The position numbers and the translations under genes were made by a program. Shown here piece by piece: positions 39,615 through 51,431 of a stretch of DNA of 64,000 bases (positions are counted from its first letter, which is position 1; the number at the start of each line of letters is the position of its first letter). The stretch comes from Camelus ferus (lineage: Eukaryota), in NCBI RefSeq assembly GCF_009834535.1, contig NC_045697.1:37202001-37266000 (forward strand), in the 5' to 3' direction. The notes below the pieces were generated by a model. That model did not search any database. It was given only the letters and a program-made list of their open reading frames with translations, and had not been told where the DNA came from.

Positions 39615-41049
39615 TAAATGATATCTTCAAAATCATGAGAAGATGTACATGGCTCATTCCCTCCCTGATCTCAAATAAAAAGCCTACCTAAAGGTGTTTG
39701 TTATGCCCTCTGCCTCATATGGCAACGAGGAAATGGATTCTGACAAGGCAATTCTGTTACAACTGGAAGCCCTGTTTATTTGTGGTAAGAATTAGGCCCC
39801 ATATGTGATCAAACAAATGTTTACTCTAGAAGTCTGAGACACTCAGAGAATATTGTAAAACTCTTCTTTAACTGATCTGATGGTTACAAAGGAATTAGGG
39901 TCAGAGAATAATCATCTTAATAAACATAAGATCAGTATCTCATCCAGCATTTGGCACTGAGTAGGTGTTCAATAACTATTGGTTGATGACCAAGCTCAGA
40001 AGTTAGAAAAATGAGAGCGTTCATGTCATTATTTAGATCTACAATGAAAATGACTACAGTAGCAAAGCTCAGAAGAGCACAATATCATATCAAAGGAAAA
40101 ACAGATCTATGGGGGTAATTTACCAGCTCAGTCCATTTAGAAAGCATTCACTAAGTCTTCATTAGTTCTTACTCATTTTTCACTTGATTACCCAAATCAG
40201 TTTAAACTAGTCAGCCAAGATAGACATGTAAATAAATCCTTATTTTACCTTAGCCATCTTCTGGGATTTATTTTTGCTGGAAATATGGCCTTATTTCACT
40301 TATTATCTTTTATTTGAACCATTAGTCTGAAAATGATATTTATTCCATTTTGATTCCCTGTCCTAACCAATAAATAACCTAAACTAGGCCACACTCAAGA
40401 AAACATGCACTGAGAGATTTTTTCAACTGAGCTCCTCAATGTCGGTAGCTGTGGAAGGCTGTTGACATGTGATTGCCAATCCAAATTGTTAATGAAACAT
40501 TTCAACTGAATTTTAAATGACTTTTCTAAATTGGTTTTGAGGAAATGCTTAACTCCGGCCATTCAATGTTTACTAAATTTCCGGAACTCATCTTATACTT
40601 ACAATAGCAACTCAACATTATTCTCTGAGAACAGGAAATCAGGGAATAGAACTACAGTTGATGGAGATGTTTCTGAAGAAGGAAGTTGGCGAGGACAGAG
40701 ATGACCTAGAAATGACCAGTTTTCGACAGAATTTTAGATAAGGATCCATCTGGGTGGAGTGATTGTGGTGTTCTGTTAGATCGGACTTCTTTTGTATGTC
40801 TACCCTACTGACGCTTGTGTTTCTCCTAGCTGGAATTTGTAATGTTAGAATAATTGTTCTGGGTTAGACAATATCAGAGAGGTATTTGGGCCAAGCAGCA
40901 AGCACACAAAATTAGGACATCTGCTCTTCACCCAAATGATCAAAGCTCTCCATTCAGTAGCACTAAAGAAGTTTGGTGATTCTCTCATGGGTACATACTC
41001 TTCTGTTCTCACAAGTCAAGTTGCCTGTTTACCAAGAGGCCACTGTCTC

Positions 41050-41550
41050 TGTATCTGTTATTGCTATTATGTAATTAATTTGTATATAAAGATTACACAG
41101 TGAGATGCCATATCAGAGAGAAATCACCATTTCTATGAAAACTAGGTTGAATGTTTTGAACAGATTCACTAAGACGAGTTGTCCTACAATGCTGGTGGAT
41201 TAGGTATGAACAAAGCAACTGGAAAGCTGGTGGGGAAGGATATTAAAAAGTGTAATTTCTGTTTAAAGTTCCTTATAAGTCTTTTAAAGTTTTCATTTCA
41301 CTTAAAGAAATCAAAACCAGAAATAGTGTACAATGCAATATGGGACCATTTATAGAAGAAATTTAACATGGAACACTAATCACAAGACAAGGTCTGGGGA
41401 TAAAATCAATAGGTTAGTGAAATAGCACTCTCTCATATGTTTTAAATTTGAATAAAATGCTTAAGGCATGTAAAAATAATTTTCTATAGCACTTCACTTT
41501 CACCAATATTTTTGATGACCCAATTAACATAGGGTAGGAGGACTTCAGCT
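41050..41550 (+). mobile_element. Tigger fossil (Tigger13a-like) with decayed transposase N-terminus
   Basis: tttctatgaaaactaggttgaatg...aaagaaatcaaaaccagaaatagtgtacaatgcaatatggg: remnants resembling SMKTKLN...KKPKLEIVDDALW. Confidence 0.65.
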
Positions 41551-42029
41551 GTTCTTGTGTTTTTCCCAAGACACCATCTATTTCCTTTGTCTAAAATACC
41601 CGCCTCTCTTCCCACATGTACTTCCTCATAGTCCTCTCTTTTTCTCTGTTTTATTTAACTCTTATTCATCTTTCAAGTCCTAAGACTCTAACTCCAGCTC
41701 AAATGCTAACTCTTAGGAGGAACATTTCCTAGCTGTTTTTTTCTTATTAAAATTTTATTTTATTTCAACCTATAAGTACTGCTGTTTGTTTGAAGTGCTC
41801 ACATAAATCTATTCCATCCAAAAAATAATTGTAAAGTGCTTCTAGCAGTGCAAGCACAGTTGGAATGGCCTATGCAAAGGTTTCCCACTAGAATCTGAAG
41901 AAATTTTAAATGTAATAAAATCACAAACTGGATGTTTCTATTCTTTGGACCACTAGAGATTTTCAAAATCACTTTGATTTTTAAAATCCATCAATTATTT
42001 TCCAGGTCATTCTCAGCTCCTCTGTGTTG

Positions 42030-42790
42030 AGTACATTACTTTAGGACTATAATTAGGCATAGTTTTTATTGCATTCTAATAATTTATTTAACACACTTTA
42101 TTATCTTTGGATCCCTTTAGGGTCAGTCTCCATTTGTTGTCCTTTTCTCTTGAGAATAATTCACATTTTCCTGTTTCTTCATATGTCAAGTAATTTTGTA
42201 GGATCATATCCTGGACAATGTGAATGTTATATTGTGGTGACTCTGGGTTATGCTATATTCCTCTAAAGAGTATTGACTTTGTTTTAGCAGGGAATTTACT
42301 TAGCTGGATTCAACATGCAAACTCTGTCTTTTGGGCAGCAACTCAAATCTGTGTTCAGTTCCTTCATCCTTAGTTGATCTGTCTACTATCTACACGACAC
42401 ATGCATTGTTCAGGAGGCAGATAGAGACTCAGGCAGAGTTTACATACAGGATTTAGGCTCGCTCTCTCTCTCTTTCTCTCTCTAATTCTTTCCTTTTTGT
42501 GCTCCCCCTGTCACTCACCAGTGATTTTTTAAAAATAATATTTTAGCCTTTCCACCCCTCTTGGCACCTCCAGTCTAGAAGCCATTAAAATAGGAAACTC
42601 ATCCAGTGCTGTTTTCTTCTTCCAAGTGTCAATCCCTTTCTAGAAGCTTCCTGCTCTTGTTCACTCTTCAGTTTCTTCAAATCATTGTTGTTGCTGTGTT
42701 TTGTTTTGCTTTACCCAGAGTCTATAGTTGTGGTCTGTGAGAGAAGTGGTCGGCTAGGAGCTTACACACCCACCAGAAGTGGAAGCATCT
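42030..42790 (-). mobile_element. Old L1M 5'-region fragment
   Basis: cacattttcctgtttcttcatatgtcaagtaatttt...ctggacaatgtgaatg...attcctctaaagagtattga...ccagagtctatagttg...accagaagtggaag. Confidence 0.8.
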
Positions 42791-43920
42791 TATTGTCTTC
42801 ATGCTTCTATGTCTAAAAAACATCTGATACATTGCGGAGGCCCTCAGGAAACATTCTGTGTTGGATAGAATTCAGTAGAAGTGCATCACTAAAATGAACA
42901 CATATATTAAAGGCAAGGGAGGATGAAAGCTTCTTCTCATTAGTTTATATTAATTTTTTAAAATAATAACTAGACTTTAGAAGGCATAAAGATCTTAATC
43001 AAGGGGCCTTGAAAAATAAGACCAGTAAGTTCCTGTGGTGGCCAGAGTTGACGTGAGCCTGGATGCCACTAAAGGCAGGCCCAGGGCCAATGCATCCATG
43101 GGGTCAAGAAGCATCTGGGAGAGTTTTAACTTGTCCAGTCCTGGACACAATTCCACCCATGAAGTAAGTTTCTCTAGCCCTTGGTGTTATTAAGCCTCCA
43201 AGTGAATATCTGCCTCATGAGAAATCTTGAAAAATCTGTTAAAGTTAGTTAAGAGAATAACAGAGTCACATTTGGCTAAAAGATGATAAACAGAGCAGCA
43301 CAATAAACAGCAATTACCCACCAGGGAGGTGTCTGCAGGGGTACCGGGGGGCTGGGACTGGGCTTTTTCTCATTTACCATCTTTATTAATGACCTGGAAG
43401 GGGTGTCAGCAGCTTGCTAATGAAGTGGCAGCCAGGCCTGCAGTGGGAGCCACTGTGGCTGCAAAGAGAAGAATACAAACCAGGCTAGTATAACTTAGGG
43501 CATCAGGCAGCAAAATCAAAGGCCTGAGATTCAGCAAGGAGGGAATATTGTAACTGTCACGAGAAGAATAATCAGAAGCATAGCTTTCTGACGACGCGGA
43601 GTAGAGACAAATGAGAAGAAAAAAAAAACCTGGAAAGAATGTGAAAATGTCAGGCTGAAAGAAGGCAACTGATGGATGGCAGTTATGAGATGGAATCCCA
43701 TTAACAATGGCTTCCCACCTTCTGACTCTGCAGACTATAAATGTCGTTGAGATGTGAAAGGACCAGGGAGGTTCCAAGACCCCAGGGACGAGGGAGGGCT
43801 CTGGTCCCTGTAATGCCTTCATAGTTCCCATGGTTCTCTGCAATGGCGGTTTCCCCATCTGAGACTAGCCCAGGCCAAGCCTGGCAGCCCCAGCCTGGCA
43901 GCCCCTTTCTGGTCCTGGTC

Positions 43921-44615
43921 CACAGGGAGAATATAGGAGCGAGAATACAGGATGTTAGGATCCCTGACTATCTCATGCAAAGAATTACCTTCCATCCAGA
44001 GTCATTTGCATATTTAATGAACGTCACAGCTCTTGGGTCTATCGTTTATTCATTCATTCATTTTTGTTTGTCTCCCTACAAGAACATGAGGCTCCATGAA
44101 GACAGAGACCTCATTTGTCATGTGCAACTCTGCAGTCTCTACTTTGAGGACAATACCTGGCTCCTAATAATGAGGAAATAAATATTTGCTGAATGAATGA
44201 TTGAAAAAAATGAATCTTGTCCTCTGTGCTCATTTTACAAGGGAGGAAACAGTCACAAAGAGACATGGTGACTTGACTGTAGTCACACAGGGGGAGGGTG
44301 AACCTTGGCCTGGAAACCAGGTCTTCTGACTCCCAGCACCACTCTCAGTCCTCACCTCCTTCTGGGTTTTAACCCAAAGTCACCTTCTCAGGGGGCCTTC
44401 TCTGCCCCCCACACCGTGGGGAAAAAAAACTCCAATCCTTCCACCAGCCAACATTCCACATTCTTTTCGTAGTTCTATTCTGTGCTCTCCCCAACCCATG
44501 AACACATCATGACTCTCTATATTTTACCTTGTTCATTGTGTGTCCCCTCCTTGTGGAACACAGCATGCATAAGAGTAGGCATTTGGGTCTGTTGTGTTTA
44601 CTGCTGCATCCCCAG
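43921..44615 (+). repeat. Left arm of long inverted repeat (L2 3' end + MIR fragment + L2)
   Basis: Aligns to the reverse complement of ~45850-46525. Core 44181-44400 is ~90% identical. Confidence 0.95.
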
Positions 44616-45612
44616 CACCCAGCACAACACCCAGCATGTAGTTGATAATAAATATTTGCTACTGAGCAATGAACAGGCAAGACTTTGGCTCTCAGCCTTG
44701 AGGGACACATTAGGACCCAGTTTCCACAAGTTGGATGCAACTCAAATGAGGGGCTAGTAGAGAGAGATGTTTAGAACTAAACTTGTGTTCTCAGTACCTT
44801 TGGCCTTTGGGCAGGTTTTTCTGAGTCTTGGTTCTCTCGTCTACGGAACAGGATGTCATGATGATTAAATGACCCTGTTTCTGTAGACCCCCCCAGCATG
44901 TGTCTGTTACATAGTAGGTGCTCAATAAACACGATTTCTCTCTTGCTCTTAACTGTCTCTAGGAGGATTCACAATAGCGTCCTTGGGTCTAAGAATCCAA
45001 GGAAACATGGAAAGCCCTTGGAAATGAGGGCTGAGGAAGTAGACATTACATCAGTGTGGAGCATGTTAGGGGACGAGTGAGAAGGCACCTTCCTGCTCCC
45101 CTTCAGTCCCTGCCCTGGCCTTGACATCTGAGCCAGGTCATGCACACTTGACTCTGAGGGCTGGAGACAGTCTGTTCATCGTGGCAAAGGGAAAGCGGTA
45201 ACAGGCTGGGCTCTGGGAACATCTGCAAAGGCGAAGTAGGTTGGGAAGCCGGGCTTCTGAGAAAGCGAGGCCAGTGAGGCCGAGGGAGTTCATGGCAGGT
45301 TGCCTCCTTGTCTTCCTGTTTAGAGGCCAGTGCTGTCACATGACCAGGTGAAATGCCCCCTTGAAAGGGCAGGACAGGAGCTTCAGGGTCCCTGCGTGTG
45401 AGCTGTTTTCTGCCCGGGGAGTAGGAGGAGAGTCTCCCCATCCAGGCTGACTTGCAGTTTTATTCAATTCCTCTGAGCACAGCTGGGTCACGGGAAGAGA
45501 GCAGCTGCCTATGGAGGAACAATGTGGGTGTTGGATACACCGCTCCCTCCCACCCCCCACCACCGGGCACTGCGGGCCCTAGACCTCCAGCACCTGCCCC
45601 GACTAGGGCCCC

Positions 45613-45840
45613 GGTGGGAGGCAGTATATGCACCATGGTTAAGGCACTGGCTTCTTGTCCCATCTCTGTCATTTACTAGTTGGGGCAGGTGACTTAACTT
45701 ATTTAAGCTGTTTTCCCATCTGTAAAATGGGCATACTGACCACAACTACTTCATGGAGTTGATAGGGGTCCTAAGTGAGATGATCCACGTAAATTGTCTG
45801 ACACATGGAAAGTGCTCAGTAAACATGAATTATTGCCATT
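45613..45840 (+). mobile_element. MIR SINE in the inverted-repeat spacer
   Basis: gaggcagtat...tggttaagg...atttactag...tttcccatctgtaaaatggg...gtgctcagtaaacatg. Confidence 0.85.
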
Positions 45841-45849
45841 GGCGCTGCT

Positions 45850-46525
45850 GCTGCTGGAGACACAGCATAGACAAAATGTCTGCCCTATGTTCCGCAGGGG
45901 ATGGCAAACAACGAACAAGATGGAAACATACAGGGTATGTTAGTCATGGTAAGTGCTCAGGACGGAAACTGAGCCAGGAAGGCAATGTGGCATGTTGTCT
46001 GGTGGAGCGGGTGGAGTTTTCTTTCCACAGGGGCCCCAGGGAAGGCCTCCTGAGAAGGTGACTTTGGGTCAAAGCCCAGAAGGAGGTGAGGACTGAGAGT
46101 GGAGCTGGGCATCAGAACTGGGTTCCAGGCCAGGTTCACCCTCCCTGGTGTGACTACAGTCAAGTCACCATGTCCCTTTGTGACTGTTTCTTCCTTTGTA
46201 AAGTGAGCACAGAAGACAGGATTCATTTTTTCAATCATTCACTCAGCAAATATTTGTTTCCTGATGACTCTGGGTCAGGGCCAGCCCTAGACATGGATGT
46301 TGCAGAGATGACCATGATGGATGAGGCCCTTGTCTCATGCAACTGCATGTTCTTGTGGGGAAGACAGATAATATATAAATGAATAAGTGAACATCTTTGA
46401 TAGACCTACGAGGTATGAAGTGAATAGAAAACATGAAATGACTCCGGGTGGGAAGTCTTTCTCCGAGTGGCATCATCAGGATCCTAACGTCCTGTGTTCC
46501 CCGTCCTGCTACGCTCCTGCCTGTG
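45850..46525 (-). repeat. Right arm of long inverted repeat
   Basis: For example gtgtgactacagtcaagtcaccatgtc and cccagaaggaggtgaggactgagagtgg are reverse complements of blocks in 44260-44370. Confidence 0.95.
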
Positions 46526-46920
46526 ACATCTCCTCCAGGCAGGTTCTGTCCTGTCAGACCATGAGGTCCTCAGAACGAGAGAAACACTCAACTGCTAACA
46601 AGTCCCACCCACCCTGTGCAGGAAACGAGACCCGGGCTTGCGGCTTCTTTCCAAAGACGTGGTAATTGACAGTGAGGTCTGGTGAACTCGGCCCACGGAC
46701 AGTCGGCAGGTGCACACGGTATTCTGGCGCTTGGAGAACACTCACCTCACAGAAACAAGCTGCAGCTTGCAGGAGATGTTAGGCAGACACTTTCCACCTC
46801 TCCTACCTTTGCAAACAAGTTACTAGCAGTTTTACATTTTCCCTTAGGGGAACCAGTGCTGATTCACCTTGGCGCCTTTCTGGCACTAAGCCATCTAGTC
46901 CTGCTTACAGCTCCTTAGCT

Positions 46921-47056
46921 AAAAAAAGAGGAAAGGAAGGAAAGCAAGGAGGAGGGAGGGAGGAAGGAAGGACAGAGAAAAAGAAAGGAAGGAAGGAAGG
47001 AAGGCAGGAAGGAAGAAAGAGAAAGGAAAAAGAAAGAAAGAGAGAGAGAAAAAAAA
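46921..47056. repeat. Polypurine (GGAA/GAAA)n low-complexity tract
   Basis: ~135 bp of almost pure purines, seen directly. Confidence 0.95.
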
Positions 47057-48094
47057 TGCTACCTTAAAGTCTTGCTACAAAACAGATTGAACCTCCCCTT
47101 AATAATAACCTTTGATGAGTGAGTTCTTTGGGATCACATGTCTCTAAAGACTTTCAGTACTTTTTCTGACATTTCTGCTTCTTGTAGAGATTCAGAGGAA
47201 AAAGTGCTTGGCTGCATTAGCACATTAAGGAAAGGGTCTAAGCTTTCTTCACTATCATAATCTGCACTTTTCTTTCACGTCCTCCAAGTTACTGGAAATC
47301 GAGATTCAAGGGATTCAAGGCTTTCAAGTCACAGCCTAGAACAGAGTGGCAATTTGTATGTTACACTCAACCCCAAGTTCCTGCATTTGAATCTGTCAAA
47401 TAAAATTTCTTAATAGTAACAACAGCAGCTCACATACGTTGAGGCACAGATCTGTGCCCTGACGAGCACCATCTCTCTTAACTTGAATCACCTTGATCCC
47501 CTTAGGGACTCACCGTCCCAGCACTGGCTTCGACTGAGTAGGTTGGTCCGCCTAATTTCAGAATTCAACTCTTATGTGAACCACATTCTCCCGTATCAGT
47601 AAAGGGGATACTGCCTTGCTCCTTTGTCTTATATCTCATGAGTTCCGCGCTTTGTCAGGGAAGGGAAGGGAATTGTAGGCTGTTGGGCTCTCTCTGACCC
47701 TAAGAGGAGCTTAGTTCACATAGCTGCATTCCACACACTCACCACCCCCACAGCCTGTAGGATGGTCGCATCCTTTTCTCCATCACAGAAAACATGGTGT
47801 GTACCGTTGTGACCTCCCTGAGAACAGGAGCTGGGCAGGCGTTGGCCTCCCTGATAAGATAGAAAGTGAGGCCCACCAGCAGTCAGAGCTCACTGTGGAT
47901 GGAAGGCCAGACCTTGCATTTAGGAGAAAGCAGAGTTCAGAACCCACCAAGTCCACGGTTCCCTCGCACGGGGCTCATCGTCCGTGCTGCAGCTGACTGG
48001 TTCGGGGTGGGGGCCGGACCCAGGAGCAGTCCGTCTGCAGAGGTGTGAGGCCTGGCGCGAAGACAGCAACAGGGGCAGTGTCATTATTAAAGAT

Positions 48095-48255
48095 AACGAC
48101 AATGACTACTATTTATCAGCCATTTACCATGTACCAGGCATTTCGCTAATTGCTTAACACTCATTATCTGACTTAGCTCCACTACATCAAGTGTTTTATT
48201 ATCACCATTTATAGATGTGGAAACTAAGTCACACAGGGAGGAAGAAAACTTGGCC
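48095..48255 (-). mobile_element. MIR SINE fragment
   Basis: actatttatcagccatttaccatgtaccaggca...ccatttatagatgtggaaactaag. Confidence 0.8.
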
Positions 48256-48307
48256 AGAAGAGATAGAGATAGAAAGATCAGAGAGAGAGAGAGGTAATTC
48301 ACATGCA

Positions 48308-48532
48308 CAGTTGAACTTTGAACAACATGGGGGTTAGGGGCACTGACCCCCCCATCCCCCAGTTGAAAATCCACATGTAAATTTACAGTCGCCCCTCCAT
48401 ATCCATGGTTCCTCTGCACCTGCAGATTAGCCAACCACATATCATGTCATACCGGAGTATGTATTTATGGAAAAAAATCTGCAATTAACAGGACCCACAT
48501 AGTTCCAACTCGCGTTGTTCAAGGATCGACTG
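48308..48532. mobile_element. Tigger2a-like MITE
   Basis: TIRs cagttgaactttgaacaac / gttgttcaaggatcgactg, followed by TA. Confidence 0.85.
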
Positions 48533-51209
48533 TAAAATGCAATGTTGTGACTATCAGCATGAGCTCAGGGACTAGAATGCCTATACTTGAACTTGTTACA
48601 CTTGGACCTGATCTTCGGCACACCCCTAACCTAGGCCAATATGGCAGCTACTTCAAAGGATTGCTACCAAGTTTGGATGGGTTCGTACTCGTAAACAGCT
48701 TAGAAAAGTGCCTGGCACCTAATATATATGTTCAATAAATATTGGCAATTAGGACCATTCCTTCTCCTTGCCCATAAATAACTCTGTGACATCACATAAC
48801 GGTAAAGTTGTCAAATCAAAAATGACTTTCCTAGGATGGCAATGATCATCATCATCATTATTATTATTTTATTATCTCTCAAGTGCATGATGGATGGACA
48901 ATATTTCTTTCCACGAAGAGGGAGCTCCACGTGTGTTACCCTGGGGTTGCCCCTCTGCCTACTCACTTCCTCCTCCCTATTCGTTCATTCGATGAATATT
49001 TATTGAACACCTTTCCTGTGCCAGGTAGCTTTCCAAAGTATTGGGAACATAGCTGCAAACAAACTGCTGCAGGAAAAAATTTGTGGACAAAATCCCTGCC
49101 CTCATGGAACCTGTCTTCAAAAGAATGATGTATTTCCCGCATGTTCTGATTTTTCTTCGTATTTTGATGCCCTTCTGCTGTCCTTCTTCTGAATCTGGAT
49201 CTGGGCACTGTCCCCTTGTCACAGTTTCACAGGGCTACATTGAAAAAGAGATGTGAAGAAAGACGTCATCTGATTGGTCCTTTTGGAAGATGACGCTTGG
49301 GGCCCAGCTCCTATCTCTTCTGCAGGGACACAGACACTTCTGTGCTCCTGCACACTTGTCAGCTTCAGAGGGGCCACATCTTTGGTCATCCAGGCTTGTC
49401 CATGACTGAGTGAGCTGATTGCCTAATTCTGGAATCTAGTCTCAAAATACCCAACTGCTTGCATATATAAGCCACATTCTCCAATATTAGCTTTATCAGT
49501 GAAAAAAAGATTTCATTACCTGGCTGCCTTATGTTTTTGTCTGACTTCTCAAATGGCTCAGAAGTTGATCATGGAAGAGGAACTCTGTTTACTGGGCTCT
49601 CTCAATTTCCACCAAAGCTTCCCTTGGACCGCTGTGCTCTGTAAACACAGCAGGCACTATTTAATACATAGTTAATGGGCAACTTCATATCCAGCATCAG
49701 TCAAGGACTGACGAATGTTCGTTACAAAATAAGTGGCAAGAAAATCTCTCTTATCTAGAGGAGAACTCTAAATGGTTTAATTTACTGAGCCAGGCATAAA
49801 AGCATCGGGGAATCAAAGGTGTGCTTAAAAACTTGAGTGGGTGTTTTCTGTTGCCTGTTTACAGTGAATGATGAGCATTACTCAACAGTTAATGGCAGAC
49901 ATTAGATTGTAATTATACATTAATTATAATGCATATGCTTAAATGCAAACTTGTTTTATACGTATGCACACTGCTTACAGTCATTCCTAGTTTCAGTTTT
50001 ATAGCACACAAGGAATCTTGGCTTAGCTCAAGAGGGCACGACCAATCTTACATTTCTAAAACTCAATTCATATCAATGTACTTCAGTATGAAAAAGACAA
50101 GATCATCTACATGGCACATTGGTAGTGGAAGATGGACTAGAAACATGGAAATTGTGTCCAAAAACGAAATGGAAATATTTTCTGATCTTCAAATTGGAAG
50201 GTTTGACTCCTTGATCTGATCTTCAAAATCTTTTTTTTTCATATTTCTACAAATCCCTAAGCTTCATAGGTGTTTGTCTAGCCAAACCAAACAAGATAAG
50301 TTTTTCTTACGAACCAGCTGCTTTCATCCAGCTTAGAATCACACATTCCAGGGTAGCAAAAATGAACACCAAAGAGCGACCTAATTTTAAACCCTTTTAC
50401 AGTCACAGAAATATCTGTGTTATCCAACATTTTTTAAAAAGAAATATTGATTTAAGAGCATATAAAATATTCCTTTATTTAATTCAAAGAATTCAGTGCA
50501 GTCACCATGGTTACAAGTTGACTTACAGTTTGCCAGACTTCCTACCATTAACTTTCCCTACGTCCTCCTCTCGGGCTTGCTTCAGTCTTACCTTTCTCCA
50601 CAATCCTCCTTCAATATTCCCATCTTCAACTTGACCCACCTGGTCAGACCTGCTGATCCAACTCTGAAGCCCTCTCGGCAGCCCTCTGTGATCAGGCTTC
50701 TTTTTTGGAAAACAAAAATTTTCTTCAAGCTAATGGAGGTGATAGTAGTGAAAAGCTAGAGCCATTTGTTTAGTGTTCACCTTATTCAACAAACTTTTCT
50801 GATCCCCAGGTATATTGAAAAGACTATGATGTAAGGATGACCAAGGCACTCTCCGGTCCAAGGTGCTCAGAAATGAGGTAAGGATCCGTAGTATCTGAGA
50901 GGCTTCTTACCACTTCCTCTTCCTGTACCCATGGCAGACACTGATAATCAATCACAGCATTTCTTTCCACACTGAACTCAGACTCAACATCACAGTCCAT
51001 TTCAACCCAGTGCTCTAAGAAGCTACCATCAGTGAACCGGATTCAACATCTGAGATCCAATGAAGCATATTTACCATGCCCAGAATCAGACGTGAGATAG
51101 AGGGTGGGATTGGAGAGGAATAATAGATTATCCCAGGCAGACTCTTTGGAGCGAGATCTGGTTAAAGCAGGCTTCTTGATTCATGGAAGCTGACACTGTA
51201 AGCATCAGT

Positions 51210-51420
51210 ACAGCCAGTTCTCATCACACCAGGCACCATGCTAAGTGATCTCATGCAACATCTCATGTGACCCTCATGACAATCCTCTGAGGTCAGTGCC
51301 ACCATTATCTCCAGTTTGAAGAAGAGAAAACCTATCTACAGCAAGACCACATCACGCACCCCAAGTCTCACAACTGGAGTGATGAAGCACGTGAATACGA
51401 AGTCAGGCTAGCTCAAGAGC
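51210..51420 (-). mobile_element. MIR SINE
   Basis: ccaggcaccatgctaagtg...atctcatgtgaccctcatgacaatcctctgaggt...ccaagtctcaca. Confidence 0.75.
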
Positions 51421-51431
51421 AACGCAAGTTT

